From assembly GCA_963755025.1 (NCBI GenBank), contig CAVWIH010000021.1:1-64000 (forward strand): a stretch of 64,000 bases of DNA. Reading direction: 5' to 3'. The notes beneath the pieces are model-generated. The model saw nothing but the letters and a program-made list of their open reading frames with translations, ran no database searches and was not told the origin of the DNA. The translations under genes and the position numbers were made by a program. Shown here one piece after another: positions 49,805 through 60,103 of this stretch (its first letter is position 1; every line of letters begins with the position of its first letter). The stretch is from an uncultured Actinomycetes bacterium (GTDB lineage: Bacteria; Actinomycetota; Thermoleophilia; UBA2241).

Positions 49805-50386
49805 GTGAGCCGCCACCGGACAGGGGCAGTCGTCGCGCTTCTCGCGCTGCTGTGCGTCGCCGCGTTGTGCACGCTCGGCTGCGGCGGCGGCACGACCGCA
49901 CCGAGCCGACCGACCGCCTCGACCGGCCCGAGCACGCCGGCCAGCGCGACCAGCACCACGTGGACGCCGGCCCCCAAGCTCGCGGCGACGGCCAGCGCGT
50001 TCAAGTGGGCCAGCTCAACAAGGTTGCGCGGCAGGCTGCAAGCCAAGACCTGGACGTACACCCGGTCGTTTGGGCTGCCCGGCGGACCGGCGCTCGTCGT
50101 GGGCGTCCTGACGGTCCCAGGCTCGAGGATGCCTCGTTTCACCGCCCGCCTCATGCCCGACCAGCACCCGGCTGGGTTCGCCGGTTACCTTGCGAGTGGT
50201 CGTGTCGTTTCCCCCCCTTCCTTCGTGATACATCTACCCAGCATGGGGTTCGACATGGGCGCCCTGATCGACTGGTTCCCGTACGCTCTTCCGGCCGGCA
50301 GGTATCGGCTCATGATCCGCCGGGTCGGTGCGGCTCCGGCGCGCGGCACGTACGACGTCTCGATCGCGGGCGTCAGTAGTTCGTGA
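49805..50386 (+). CDS. Hypothetical lipoprotein
   Basis: Signal peptide with TLGC lipobox, Thr/Pro linker. Confidence 0.6.
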   Translation: MSRHRTGAVVALLALLCVAALCTLGCGGGTTAPSRPTASTGPSTPASATSTTWTPAPKLAATASAFKWASSTRLRGRLQAKTWTYTRSFGLPGGPALVVGVLTVPGSRMPRFTARLMPDQHPAGFAGYLASGRVVSPPSFVIHLPSMGFDMGALIDWFPYALPAGRYRLMIRRVGAAPARGTYDVSIAGVSSS

Positions 50387-50515
50387 CTCCGCCGCGCCCA
50401 TGCTCGCTCCGCAGCTCGACCAGACCGGGCCGCAGCTACACGCTTATCGACAGAGAAGTCCGGGCATGGCTCGACGCCACGACGCTGGCTCTGGTCAGCC
50501 CAACGGAGGTGCGGA

Positions 50516-50920
50516 GTGTACTGTCCCAAGTGCCACGCTGAGTACATCGCCGGCTTCACGCGCTGCTCCGATTGCGACGTCCCCCTGGTCGACGAACTGC
50601 CGTCGCCGCCCGAGCGGACGCACCGGTCCGGCGCACACGATGCGCTTCACGCCGGTCGGCCACCGCGCGATGACCTCGATCTCGTCACCGTGCTGGCCTC
50701 GGGCGACCCCGGCCTGATGGCCGTCGCCAAGTCGCTCGTCCGCTCGGCCGGCATCCCGTTCCTGGTGCAGGGCGAGGGCGTGCAGGACCTGTTCGGCGTG
50801 GGCCGCATCGGCAGCGGCTTCAACGTCGTCACCGGCCCCGCCAGACTGCAGGTGGGAGCCGACGATGCCGACGACGCGCGCGAAGTCCTAGCCGACCTCA
50901 TCGCCGGCCAGAACCGGTAG
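50516..50920 (+). CDS. DUF2007 family protein with N-terminal Zn ribbon
   Basis: YCPKC.AEY..GF..CSDCDVPLV; AKSL..SAGI; A..ARE.L. Confidence 0.85.
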   Translation: MYCPKCHAEYIAGFTRCSDCDVPLVDELPSPPERTHRSGAHDALHAGRPPRDDLDLVTVLASGDPGLMAVAKSLVRSAGIPFLVQGEGVQDLFGVGRIGSGFNVVTGPARLQVGADDADDAREVLADLIAGQNR

Positions 50921-50978
50921 CGCACCGTAGACGTGGGGCGTGCACCGAGCGCGCACCCTGCCCGAAGGGATCGGACCC

Positions 50979-51311
50979 ATGCCGTTGGTCGCCGTCTTCA
51001 ATCTGCGCAGAGAAGACCGATTGTCGGACCTCGAGGGCGCCACCAGGCGCGCCCTGCTGAGCATGCCCGAGCTCGCCATCAACGACTGGGAGATCGACGT
51101 GGTGCCGGTCGTCATGCCCGACGGCTTGGCCGGCGAGGTGACCAGGATCGACGTCGACCTCTGGGAACACCCTGAGCGCACCAAGGAAGCCCTGCAGGAG
51201 CTTGCCACGCGACTCGCCAGAGCCTTCCAGTCGGTAGCCGGCGACGACCGGAGGGTGAAGGTCGTGATCAGGCCCTATGACGTCGGGCGGAGCGGGTGGG
51301 TCTCGCTGTGA
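50979..51311 (+). CDS. Hypothetical protein, possibly tautomerase-like
   Basis: N-terminal Pro (MP...), PERT.E..Q.LA. Confidence 0.55.
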   Translation: MPLVAVFNLRREDRLSDLEGATRRALLSMPELAINDWEIDVVPVVMPDGLAGEVTRIDVDLWEHPERTKEALQELATRLARAFQSVAGDDRRVKVVIRPYDVGRSGWVSL

Positions 51312-51484
51312 CGACGGAAGCGCCCGCCCCAGGGAGAGTCCTGATGCGTGTGCGGTTGACCGCCCACGGCTCAGCGGACTCGCTGTGAGTCGCCTCCACG
51401 GCGACGCTGGGCAGGCGATCGGGTAACTGACTGGACAGAGGGGCAGCGACCGCTGTGCCCGCGATACGACAAAGGAACCAGGTC

Positions 51485-51973
51485 ATGGCTCAGCTCCGCG
51501 TGGCAAGTTTCTCGCTATCGATCGACGGCTTCGGCGCGGGACCCGATCAGGACCTTGAGAATCCCATGGGCAGCGGCGGGATGGCCCTGCACGAGTGGGT
51601 CTTGCAGACCCGCACGTTTCAGCGCATGTCTGGAAAGGACGGCGGCACGACCGGCACCGACGACGACTTCGCCGTGCGCGGCTTTCGCAACATCGGCGCC
51701 TGGATACTGGGTCGCAACATGTTCGGGCCCATCCGCGGGCCCTGGCCGAACGAGGACTGGTGCGGCTGGTGGGGCGACGAGCCGCCATACCACACGCCGG
51801 TCTTCGTGCTCACCCACCACCCGCGCCAGCCGCTCGTGATGGACGGCGGCACGACGTTCCACTTCGTGACGGACGGCATTCTCGACGCCTTGGAGCGTGC
51901 CAGAGGCGCCTTGGGGCTTTGCGGCTGCACCTGCGTGTCGGTGCCTTTCGCTACCCATACCCGCTCGAGGTGA
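51485..51973 (+). pseudogene. Dihydrofolate reductase/RibD-C family, truncated after ...ALERAR
   Basis: SLSIDGFGAGP, ILGRNMF, PVFVLTH; the GG motif and C-terminal third are missing. Confidence 0.75.
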
Positions 51974-52009
51974 CGGGGAGCCGTTTGCCTGGGCTGCCGG
52001 GGCGCCCGT

Positions 52010-52483
52010 CTACCCGGCGAGCAGTCCGCGCACGCGCGCCGCGGTGGCCTGCTGTACTGCCTCGGGCAGCGGCGGGAACTCCGCGCTCACGAACTCCGTG
52101 AGGCCGCTCGCCAGGCGGCGCTCAACGAGCGGCCCGCGGACCATGTGGTCGTTCAGGGCGTCGCCGGCGGAGTGCGGCGCGAGGTGCAGGTGCAGGTGCG
52201 CGACGCCGCCGCCAAAGACGTAGACGTAGACAAGCTCGGCGCCCGTCGCCTCTTTGAGCGCTCCGGTGACCCTGGCGAGCACGGCGCCGAACGAGGCGGC
52301 CTCGGGTCCGTCGAGATCGTCGATGTGGGGAATGTGACGGCGCGGCTCGAGGTAGCAGAAGCCGGCCACTTCGGCGACGAGCGCGGCGGTCAGGCGCCAC
52401 AGCTCGTCGCGCCAGACCTCGACGCGCAGCAGCTCGGGATCGGCCGCCTCGGCCCGGCAGAGCACGCAGCTCTCAAGCGCCAT
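52010..52483 (-). CDS. HIT family protein
   Basis: CxxC, PRRH, HLHLH. Confidence 0.85.
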   Translation of the reverse strand: MALESCVLCRAEAADPELLRVEVWRDELWRLTAALVAEVAGFCYLEPRRHIPHIDDLDGPEAASFGAVLARVTGALKEATGAELVYVYVFGGGVAHLHLHLAPHSAGDALNDHMVRGPLVERRLASGLTEFVSAEFPPLPEAVQQATAARVRGLLAG

Positions 52484-52976
52484 CGGCTCGCTCGGGCTCA
52501 GGGTTCAGTCGCCAGATGCCGGCGTTCAGGTAGGTCGCGACGCTCACCCAGCCCAGGTAGGGCACGAGCAGGGCGCCGGCCAGCGGCCTGACCGCCCAGA
52601 AGGCGACGATGGTGATCAGGATGGTGAGCCACAGCCCGACGACCTCGATGAGCGCCGCGCCCAGGCGGTGCTGGCCGAAGAAGATGAGCGACCAGGCGAA
52701 GTTGAGTGCCAGCTGCGCCGCGAACAGCCCCAGCGCCAGGGCGGTGAGCCGCGAGAGTCCCTCGCGCCACACGAGCCAGGCGGCCACGCCCATGAGCAGG
52801 TACAGCGTGGTCCACACCGGACCGAAAGCCGCCGGCGGCGGCGTGTAGGGAGGCTTGCGCAGCCGCTTGTAGTAGTCGACGAAGTCGCCGCCCGCGGCGA
52901 GCGCGCTCAGGCCGCCGATCGCCTCGGCGCCGGCGACCGCCACCAGGACCCCGACGATGTCTTTGGAGGCGCGCAT
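52473..52976 (-). CDS. tspO: TspO/MBR tryptophan-rich sensory protein
   Basis: LRKP..TPP..FGPVWT.LY, LNFAWS.IFF, LLVPYLGWV. Confidence 0.93.
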   Translation of the reverse strand: MRASKDIVGVLVAVAGAEAIGGLSALAAGGDFVDYYKRLRKPPYTPPPAAFGPVWTTLYLLMGVAAWLVWREGLSRLTALALGLFAAQLALNFAWSLIFFGQHRLGAALIEVVGLWLTILITIVAFWAVRPLAGALLVPYLGWVSVATYLNAGIWRLNPEPERADGA

Positions 52977-53203
52977 GGTAAGGCACTATGCCCTTCGCAA
53001 GGCGCGCTTAGTCCCCGGCGGCTGCGCGCCTAGCGCGTCGATCGGCTTCGTGGTCGCCGCTCAGGCGTGCGTCACTTCGTCGCGCGCCTGGTCCCCGCCG
53101 GCCGCGCGGGGCTGGGCACCCCGCGCGGCGCGAGCGGAGCCTCTGGCGCCGTCGGCCGGGGCGGCGCCGCGATGCTCGCCGACGACATTGCCGCGACCGA
53201 CGG

Positions 53204-54803
53204 CTAGACCTCGCAGGTCCCCAGCACTTCGTCGCAGGGCTGCTCGCGACCCTTGCGGACGGCGGAGCTCAGGCGCCAGCGTCCGGTCCAGGTCGTGACC
53301 AGGGCGACGACAAAGCCGAAGAGGACGATCGCGGCGGCCACGCGAAAGGCGGTCGAGAACCCCGCCGTGAAGGCCTGGTCGACCACCCTGGTCGAGGCGC
53401 GCGCGACCGAGCCCGACGACGCCGCGGCGCCGACCCTCGCTCCACTCGTGGCGAGCTGGTTCGTGACGCTGTGCGCCACGGAGCTCCAGGCGATCGTGCC
53501 GATCGCGGCCAGGCCGATCGCGCCCCCTACCTGCTGCCCGATGTTGATGCCGCTCGAGGCGACCCCGGCCTCCTGCGGCGGCACCCGCGAGACCACGGTC
53601 AGGGTGAGGGGCACCAGCATGCAGCCCATGCCGCCGCTGACCATCAGCATGCCCGGCAGCAGGTTCGGCCAGTAGTGACCGTCGGCGCTGAGCCCCGACA
53701 GCCACAAAAAGCCGAGGCCGGCGAGCAGCGGCCCGAACATGAGCAGCGGTCGCACGCCGATGCGTCCGACCAGCACCCTGGCCACCAGCGTGCTCACGAC
53801 GATGATCGTCAGAGGGAACGGCACCCAGGCGAGCGCCGGTGCGCACCGGGCTGTAGCCGTACACCGTCTGGATGTAGATGGTGAGAAAGAAGAACACCGA
53901 GAAGACGCCCGTGTACAGCAGCAGCATCATGAGGTAGGCGCCCGAGCGCCGGCGCGAGCCTAGCAGGTGCAGTGGCAGCTCCGGCTGTCTTGTGCGACGT
54001 TCGATCGCCACGAAGGTGACGAGCAGGACCGCGGACGCCACCAGCGCTCCGATCGTGACCGGGCTTCCCCAGTGCGACACGCCGTTGGCGCCGGCGGCCG
54101 CGTGCGTGAGACCGTAGACGAGAAAGGCGAGACCCGCGCTGCTGGTCACGACGCCGGGCACGTCGAGATGCAGCCGCGAGCGCGCGGTCGGCACCAGGGC
54201 GATCGGGGCGAGCGCGACCACGGCGATGCCGATGGGCACGTTCACGAAGAACACCCAGCGCCACGACGCGTAGGTCGTGAGCACGCCGCCGAGCAGCAGG
54301 CCGATAGCACCGCCGGCGCCGCTCATGGCGGCGTAGACGCCGAACGCCCGGTTGCGCGGCGGCCCCGCCGGGAACGTGGTGGCGATCAGGGCGAGCGCCG
54401 TGGGCGCGGCGAGCGCGCCGCCCGCGCCCTGCACGGCGCGCGCCGCGAGTATCCACCACTCGCTGGTCGCGAGGCCGCCGGCGAACGATCCCAGAGAGAA
54501 CACGAGGACGCCGGCCATGAACACGCGGCGGCGGCCGTAGATGTCGCCGAGCCGTCCGCCCAGCAGCAGCAGGCTGCCGAAGGCGAGCGAGTACGCCGTG
54601 ACCACCCACTCGAGGCCGGCCCCGCTGAAGCCGAGCGCCCGCTGCACGTGCGGCAGGGCGACGTTCACGATGGTGGCGTCCAGCACGATCATGAGCTGGG
54701 CGGCGGCGATCACGACCAGCGCGAGGCTGAGGCGCGTCGGCACGCGCGCCTGGGGCGCCGGACGTTGCGTGGGAAGGGGGGACTGGGCTTCGGCTCGGGC
54801 CAT
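53204..54803 (-). CDS. DHA2 MFS transporter (frameshift near 53840)
   Basis: LDATIVNVALP, GGRLGD.YGRR, WVFFVNVPIG, QQVGGAIG. Confidence 0.92.
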
Positions 54804-54947
54804 GAGATGGGTCTCCTGGGTCTACGAGTCTCGCGGACCTGGGCCGCCGCAATGGCGGACCGCCGTCCGCGAGAACGGAAGGGACTTGCGGGTATCCGAG
54901 ACAGGTACCCGAGCGGCTCCGGCCAAAACCCGCGGTGAATAAACAGA

Positions 54948-54977
54948 GAGGGGCGGGGCCTACTGGCCCCGCCCCTC
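54948..54977. terminator. Hairpin terminator downstream of the oxidoreductase gene
   Basis: GAGGGGCGGGGCC-TACT-GGCCCCGCCCCTC; T-rich continuation on the minus strand. Confidence 0.7.
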
Positions 54978-55096
54978 GTCGCTTCCTGGTCTAGCGGTGA
55001 ATACGCGCCCTCAGTATACCCCGCCCGGGGTGAGGGCTTCGCGGCCCACACCGATCCTCACGCGCGTCTCCCTGTACTCCGTCTTCCCGTACTCCT

Positions 55097-58000
55097 TCAC
55101 GCGTGGGTCTCGCGGCCCTGCAGGTAGTCGACCATGGGGCCGGTCACGAGCGGCACGACGTCGCCGATCATGTGCGGCATGAGGTTGTCCATGATGCCGG
55201 GCATCATGCCGGGCATCTGCTCGGCCATGTAGTCGGGCATGGGCACGCGCTCGGCGATGCGCTCGAGCATGGTGTCCATGACCTTGGGCATCATGAGCGG
55301 CAGCAGCCGAGGGAACAGCACCGGGAACATCGGTTTCATCAGGTCGAGGGCGCCCGGGACCTTGCCCATCGCCTTCATCATCGGCCCCATGCCGAAGGGC
55401 ATGGCGTCGATCAGCTCGGGCCACATGCTGCCCATCAGCTCGGCGAAGCCCTGCGGGGTCATGAGGGCGATCATCGCCTCGAACACGGCCCACTGCTTCT
55501 GCACCTCGGGGTTGGGGTCGGGCAGCTCGTAGCCCAGCGCGGCGGCGCTGAAGTGGGCCAGGTCGACGACGTCGATGTCGATGCCCTTGGCCTGGGCGCT
55601 CACGCGCAGCTGGAACTGGCAGCAGGGGCAGAGCGCGAGGATCGTCTCGGCGCCCACCTCCTGAGCTTCGCGCAGCCTGACCTCGCCGATGTCGGCGGCG
55701 GCGGCCGGGTCTTTGAGCAGGGTGAGCACGCTGCCGCAGCAATGCGCCTCTTCGCGGTTGAAGGGCAGCTCTACGAAGTCGGCGCTGGGGTTGGCTTTGA
55801 TCAGCTCGCGAGGCGGCTCGTAGACCCCCGACGCCCGTCCGATGTGACAGGAGTCGTGCCAGGTGACCCGCGTCTTGTGCGGCGCGTCGTGGGCGGCGTC
55901 GGCGGGCGAGGCTGAGCCGGGCGCTCCGGCGGCCGCGGCCGCACCGGCCCCGTCGCCTGCGGCCGGCTTGCCGCTCTTCTTGCCGCTCAGCTTGCCGCTC
56001 GCATCACGCCGCGGCGGCGTCGCGGGAAAGGCGAACTCGCCGCTGGCCAGCTTGTCGGCGACGAGCTCGGAGTAGTGCCTGACCGCGATCGGGTAGTCGA
56101 CGCCGAGCTTGGCGGCCCACTCCGGGTAGACCGTGCGCCACATCATGTCGCAGGCCGGGCAGCTCGTCGTGACGGTCGTGGCTCCGGCGGCCACCACGGC
56201 GGCGATGTTGCTGCGCATGACGCTCTCGAACTGCTGCCACTTGCCGGCGACCAGCATGGGCGTGGCGCAGCAAAGCTCCTTCTCGCCCAGGTAGGTGAAG
56301 TCGACGCCGGCCTCGTCGAGCAGGCGCACCGTGCCTATGCCGATGTCGCGCTCCACGAAGCTCGCCGTGCAACCGGCGAAGTACACCGTGTCGGCGGCGT
56401 GCTGCGGGCCGTGCTTCTCCCAGAGGTCCTCGGGAAACCAGTCGGCGCGGTTCTTGCGGTAGCCCGCCCAGATGTCGCCCTGGTCGCGCAGCGCGGCGCT
56501 CATCATCTCGAAGGGCGGCAGGGTCATGCGCTTGTCGTCTTCGATCAACCGGCCGCGCAGCTTCATCCAGCTGGGCTCGATGGGCAGCACGGCCGAGCAG
56601 CGCGTGTCGCAGATCTCGCAGGTGGTGCAGGTGATGAAGGTGTCGACCATCTCCTGGCTCCAGGCTTCGCGGCCCTCGATGAACTCGCGCAGCCAGAACC
56701 ACTTGCCGCGCGGGCTCTGGCTCTCCCAGCCGCGCCCGTAGAACTGGTCGCACTGGTCGATGCAGTAGCCGCACTGCGAGCACGAGTAGGCGTAGAGCGC
56801 CACGTCGGCCGGGATGCCGCGCACCGACGCCGCGGGGTCGGGCTTGGCGACCGCCTTGGCGATGACGCGGTTGCCGAGCGGCCTGATGAGCGGCTCGAAG
56901 GCGGAGGCAAGCGAGAGCGCCTTGCCCAGCGCGCCGCTGCCGATCACCTTGCCGGGGTTGAGCACGCCGCGCGGGTCGACCTCGCGTTTGAAGTCGCGCA
57001 GGGCCTTCACGCGATGGGCGCCGAGGATCTCGTCGGCGCGGCTCGAGAAGTACATGCCGGTCGAGTAGGGCCGGCCGCCATGCGCCCTGGCGATGTCCAT
57101 GATGGTGAGCACGAGGCCGAAGACGAAGTTGTAGTCGAAGCGGCGCTGGTCGGAGGGGATGAAACCGAGGATGATCGCTTCGGGGCGCCCGTGGGCGCCG
57201 TGCCTGACGATCACGCCCTCTTTGACCACCGGCTGGTCGACCTTGTGCTCGATCTCCTCCATGACGGCGCCAAGCTCGGCGAGCGGCACGACGACCTCTG
57301 AGGGCACGAGCGACGGCCCCAGGCGCTTGACGATCATGAGCTGGAAGCGGTGCTCCCACTCGTGGTCGGCGATGCGCTGCGGCAGGATCTCGGCCTGCAT
57401 GGGCGCCACCAGCCCGGGCAGCGCGGCGGCCACGGCGGCCTGGTCGGCGGCCCGGCAGGCAAGCGTGAGGATGTAGGCGGCCGGCAGCAGCACGCGCTCC
57501 TCGGCGGGGTGGCCGTTGTGCTCGCGCAGCGGCGCGCGGTTCTTCATCTCGGCCATGCGCGGGTTGATGTAGACCATCGACCAGATCGGCAGGTCGGCGG
57601 CGATGATGGCGTCGATCAAGGCCTGCAGGTCGCGGGCGTCGGCGCAGGCGACGGCGGTGACGGCGTCGGCCTCGAGCGGGCGCACGCGCAACGTGACCTG
57701 ACTGAGGATGCCGGTGGTGCCCTCGGCGTCGGCGACCAGGGCGACGTCGGCGACCGGAGAGCTCGCGCACGTTGCCGCCGGGCAGCACGACGCGCACCGA
57801 GACGACGTTGTCGGCGAACCAGCCGTACTCGTACGAGCCGATGCCGGCGCCGCCCTGGGCGAGCCAGCCGCCGACGCTACGACGAGGGGTAGCTCGTGGG
57901 GTAGAGGCGCAGCGTCAGGCCGTGCCCGGCGAGCTCGCGGTCGAGCTGCTCCCAGGTGATGCCCGGCTCGACGGTCACGGTCAGCGCGTCGCGGTCGATG

Positions 58001-58320
58001 GCCGTCACGTCGCGCATGCGGTAGAGGTCGACGACCAGGCCCTTCTTCACCGGGATGGCGCCACCGTAGCCCGACGAGCCCTTGCCGCGCGGCGTGAGCG
58101 GCACGCCCCGGCCGCTCGCCCAGCGTACGAGCTCGACGAGCTGCTCCTCGCTCGTGGGCTGCACGACCGCGTCCGGCGTCGTGTCGCCGACCAGCGGGCG
58201 CACGAGGCTCGGCATGGCGGCGATGTCGTGGCCGTAGAGCCGGCGCTCGCGACGGTCGAAGGTGACGTGCCGACCGAGCAGGTTCTTCAGGCGGTCCCTG
58301 TCTGCCGTCGAGAGGGGCAT
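55097..58320 (-). CDS. FAD-binding / 4Fe-4S / CCG-domain oxidoreductase (GlcD-GlcF-like fusion) with Met-rich tail; frameshifts near 57880 and 57755
   Basis: PRGKGSSGYGG, DP..VLNPGK, CSQCGYC...C, CTTCEIC...C, CCATP, CCGS, HDSC. Confidence 0.88.
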
Positions 58321-58345
58321 GGCGACTCCTTTCAGCCGTGGAGAG

Positions 58346-58678
58346 CTACGAAAGGCCGCTCGCAAGCGCAGCCTGCTGCGCGAGCGCGCTCATGAGCACG
58401 GCGCGCAGCGTGTCGAGGGCGTCGATCACACGCGGGTCGGCCAGCGCGTAGAGCACGCTGGCGCCGTCGCGCTGTGTGGTGACCAGGTGGCGCTCGCGCA
58501 ACACCTTGAGGTGCCGCGAGACGGTCGACTGCGGCGCGTCGAGCAGCTCGGCCAGGCCGCCTACGTGGCGCGGCGCCTCGGCCAGCGCGTAGAGGATGAG
58601 GAGGCGCGTGGGGTCGGCGAGCGCCTGGCAGAGGTTGGCGTGCAGCAGCGTGACTTCGTGTCTGAGTTGTTCGTCCAC
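58346..58678 (-). CDS. ArsR/SmtB family regulator
   Basis: ALADPTRL.IL, QSTVSRHLKVL; AAGGAG RBS. Confidence 0.92.
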   Translation of the reverse strand: MDEQLRHEVTLLHANLCQALADPTRLLILYALAEAPRHVGGLAELLDAPQSTVSRHLKVLRERHLVTTQRDGASVLYALADPRVIDALDTLRAVLMSALAQQAALASGLS

Positions 58679-58863
58679 GTCTGCTCCTTGATGACATGCG
58701 GACATACGATCGGGCGGATATGCCGGACTGTAGCACGCTGCGCCGAAAGTCCGCCAACGTTCGGCAACCGCGCGGCAGTCAGGCCACACGGCCGAAACGT
58801 TGCCCTCGACGCTCTTGTGCCGTCACGATAGGGGCCACTCAGGAAGCGCCAAGGAGGCGGCCG

Positions 58864-59337
58864 ATGGACGAGGACGAACTGGCTCGCGTGCTCGATACGC
58901 TGGCGGCGCTCGGCGAGCACGAGCGCGCCCTGGCCGGGCTGTACGCCGCCTGCGGCGCTGTGTGGAGCGGCGACGTCGGCCTGTGGGCCGACCTCGCCGC
59001 CTCGGAGCGCGGGCACGCCGCCTGCCTCGCCACGATGGCCGACATGGTGAGCGGCCGCCCTGCCGCGTTTTCGCCGGGACGACCGTTCACCGCCGCGGCC
59101 GGGCGGCTGCAGGTCGCCTACGTCGAGGGCCGCACTCGCGCGGTCGAAGCCGGCGGCATGGCGCGCCGTACGGCGTTGCTCATGGCGCGCGAGATCGAAC
59201 GATCGATCATCGAGACCCGGCTCGACGAGCTCCTCGAGACCGACGATCCCGATTATCTCACCGTGGCCGACAAGGTCGTGGCCGAGACCGGCGCGCACTA
59301 CCGCCTGCTCGAGCACGAGCTTCAGGGCGACCGGTGA
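58864..59337 (+). CDS. Ferritin-like (rubrerythrin-like) hypothetical protein
   Basis: HE..LA.LY, LA.SE.GHA, IE, ET..H pattern. Confidence 0.6.
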   Translation: MDEDELARVLDTLAALGEHERALAGLYAACGAVWSGDVGLWADLAASERGHAACLATMADMVSGRPAAFSPGRPFTAAAGRLQVAYVEGRTRAVEAGGMARRTALLMAREIERSIIETRLDELLETDDPDYLTVADKVVAETGAHYRLLEHELQGDR

Positions 59338-59359
59338 CCGACAAGGGGGGTCACGACTC

Positions 59360-59953
59360 ATGACCGCAGCCGCCGAAGGGCCACTCTCGCTCGAGGGCTT
59401 CATCTTCGAGACGAACCGCGACGGCACCCGCGCCATGCCGCTCGAGCAGTTCGCGGCCCTGGCGCTGCGGCTCGACCTGGACGACGCCCTGGTGGGCGCG
59501 CACGTGCGCTTCTGCGACGACCACTACGCCCGCAACCTGATCTGCCGCACGACGCAGTTCGAGCTGCTCGTGCTGTGCTGGAGGCCGGGCCAGACCTCGA
59601 CGATCCACGACCATGCGGGCTCGCTGAACGTCACCCGCGTGTACTCCGGCGATCTCACCAGCCGCGTGTTCCGGCGCCGCCACGGCGGCAGCGGCGTGGC
59701 TACACCGGGCGGCGTGACCGGCGAGCTGCCCAGCGGCCCGGTCGACCTGGTCGACGAGCAGGTGCTCGCCGGCTCAGGCGCCGCCACGGTCGACCGCGGC
59801 GCGATCCACCAGCTCGGCAACTGGTCGCACGAAGGCCTGATCACCGTGCACCTCTACGCGCCGCCACTCACCGACATCGTGGTCTACTCGACCACTGAGG
59901 CGCACACCGAGGTGCAGCGCCTGCGGTACAGCCTGGCCGACGACTTCGCCTGA
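59360..59953 (+). CDS. Cysteine dioxygenase family protein
   Basis: YARNLI, LCW.PGQ.S.IHDH, IHQL.N, HLYAPP. Confidence 0.88.
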   Translation: MTAAAEGPLSLEGFIFETNRDGTRAMPLEQFAALALRLDLDDALVGAHVRFCDDHYARNLICRTTQFELLVLCWRPGQTSTIHDHAGSLNVTRVYSGDLTSRVFRRRHGGSGVATPGGVTGELPSGPVDLVDEQVLAGSGAATVDRGAIHQLGNWSHEGLITVHLYAPPLTDIVVYSTTEAHTEVQRLRYSLADDFA

Positions 59954-60103
59954 GGGGCGCGCCCGAGGGGGCACGCCCGCCCCCGCCGCCGCCGCCGGCG
60001 CGGCTCCCCGGTCCCGGCGGTCGTGCGCGCCGCAGCCGGCACGGTCGGTCGCGTAGCGCGCCTTATGGTTAGCGGCGTCGCGGACCGGGGGTAGGATGCC
60101 GCC

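Noticed and set aside
57877-57879. TAG after YPTSYPSS as a second pyrrolysine codon
   Set aside because: Homology (SVGGWLAQGG) resumes in another frame, so this is a 1-bp insertion, not read-through.
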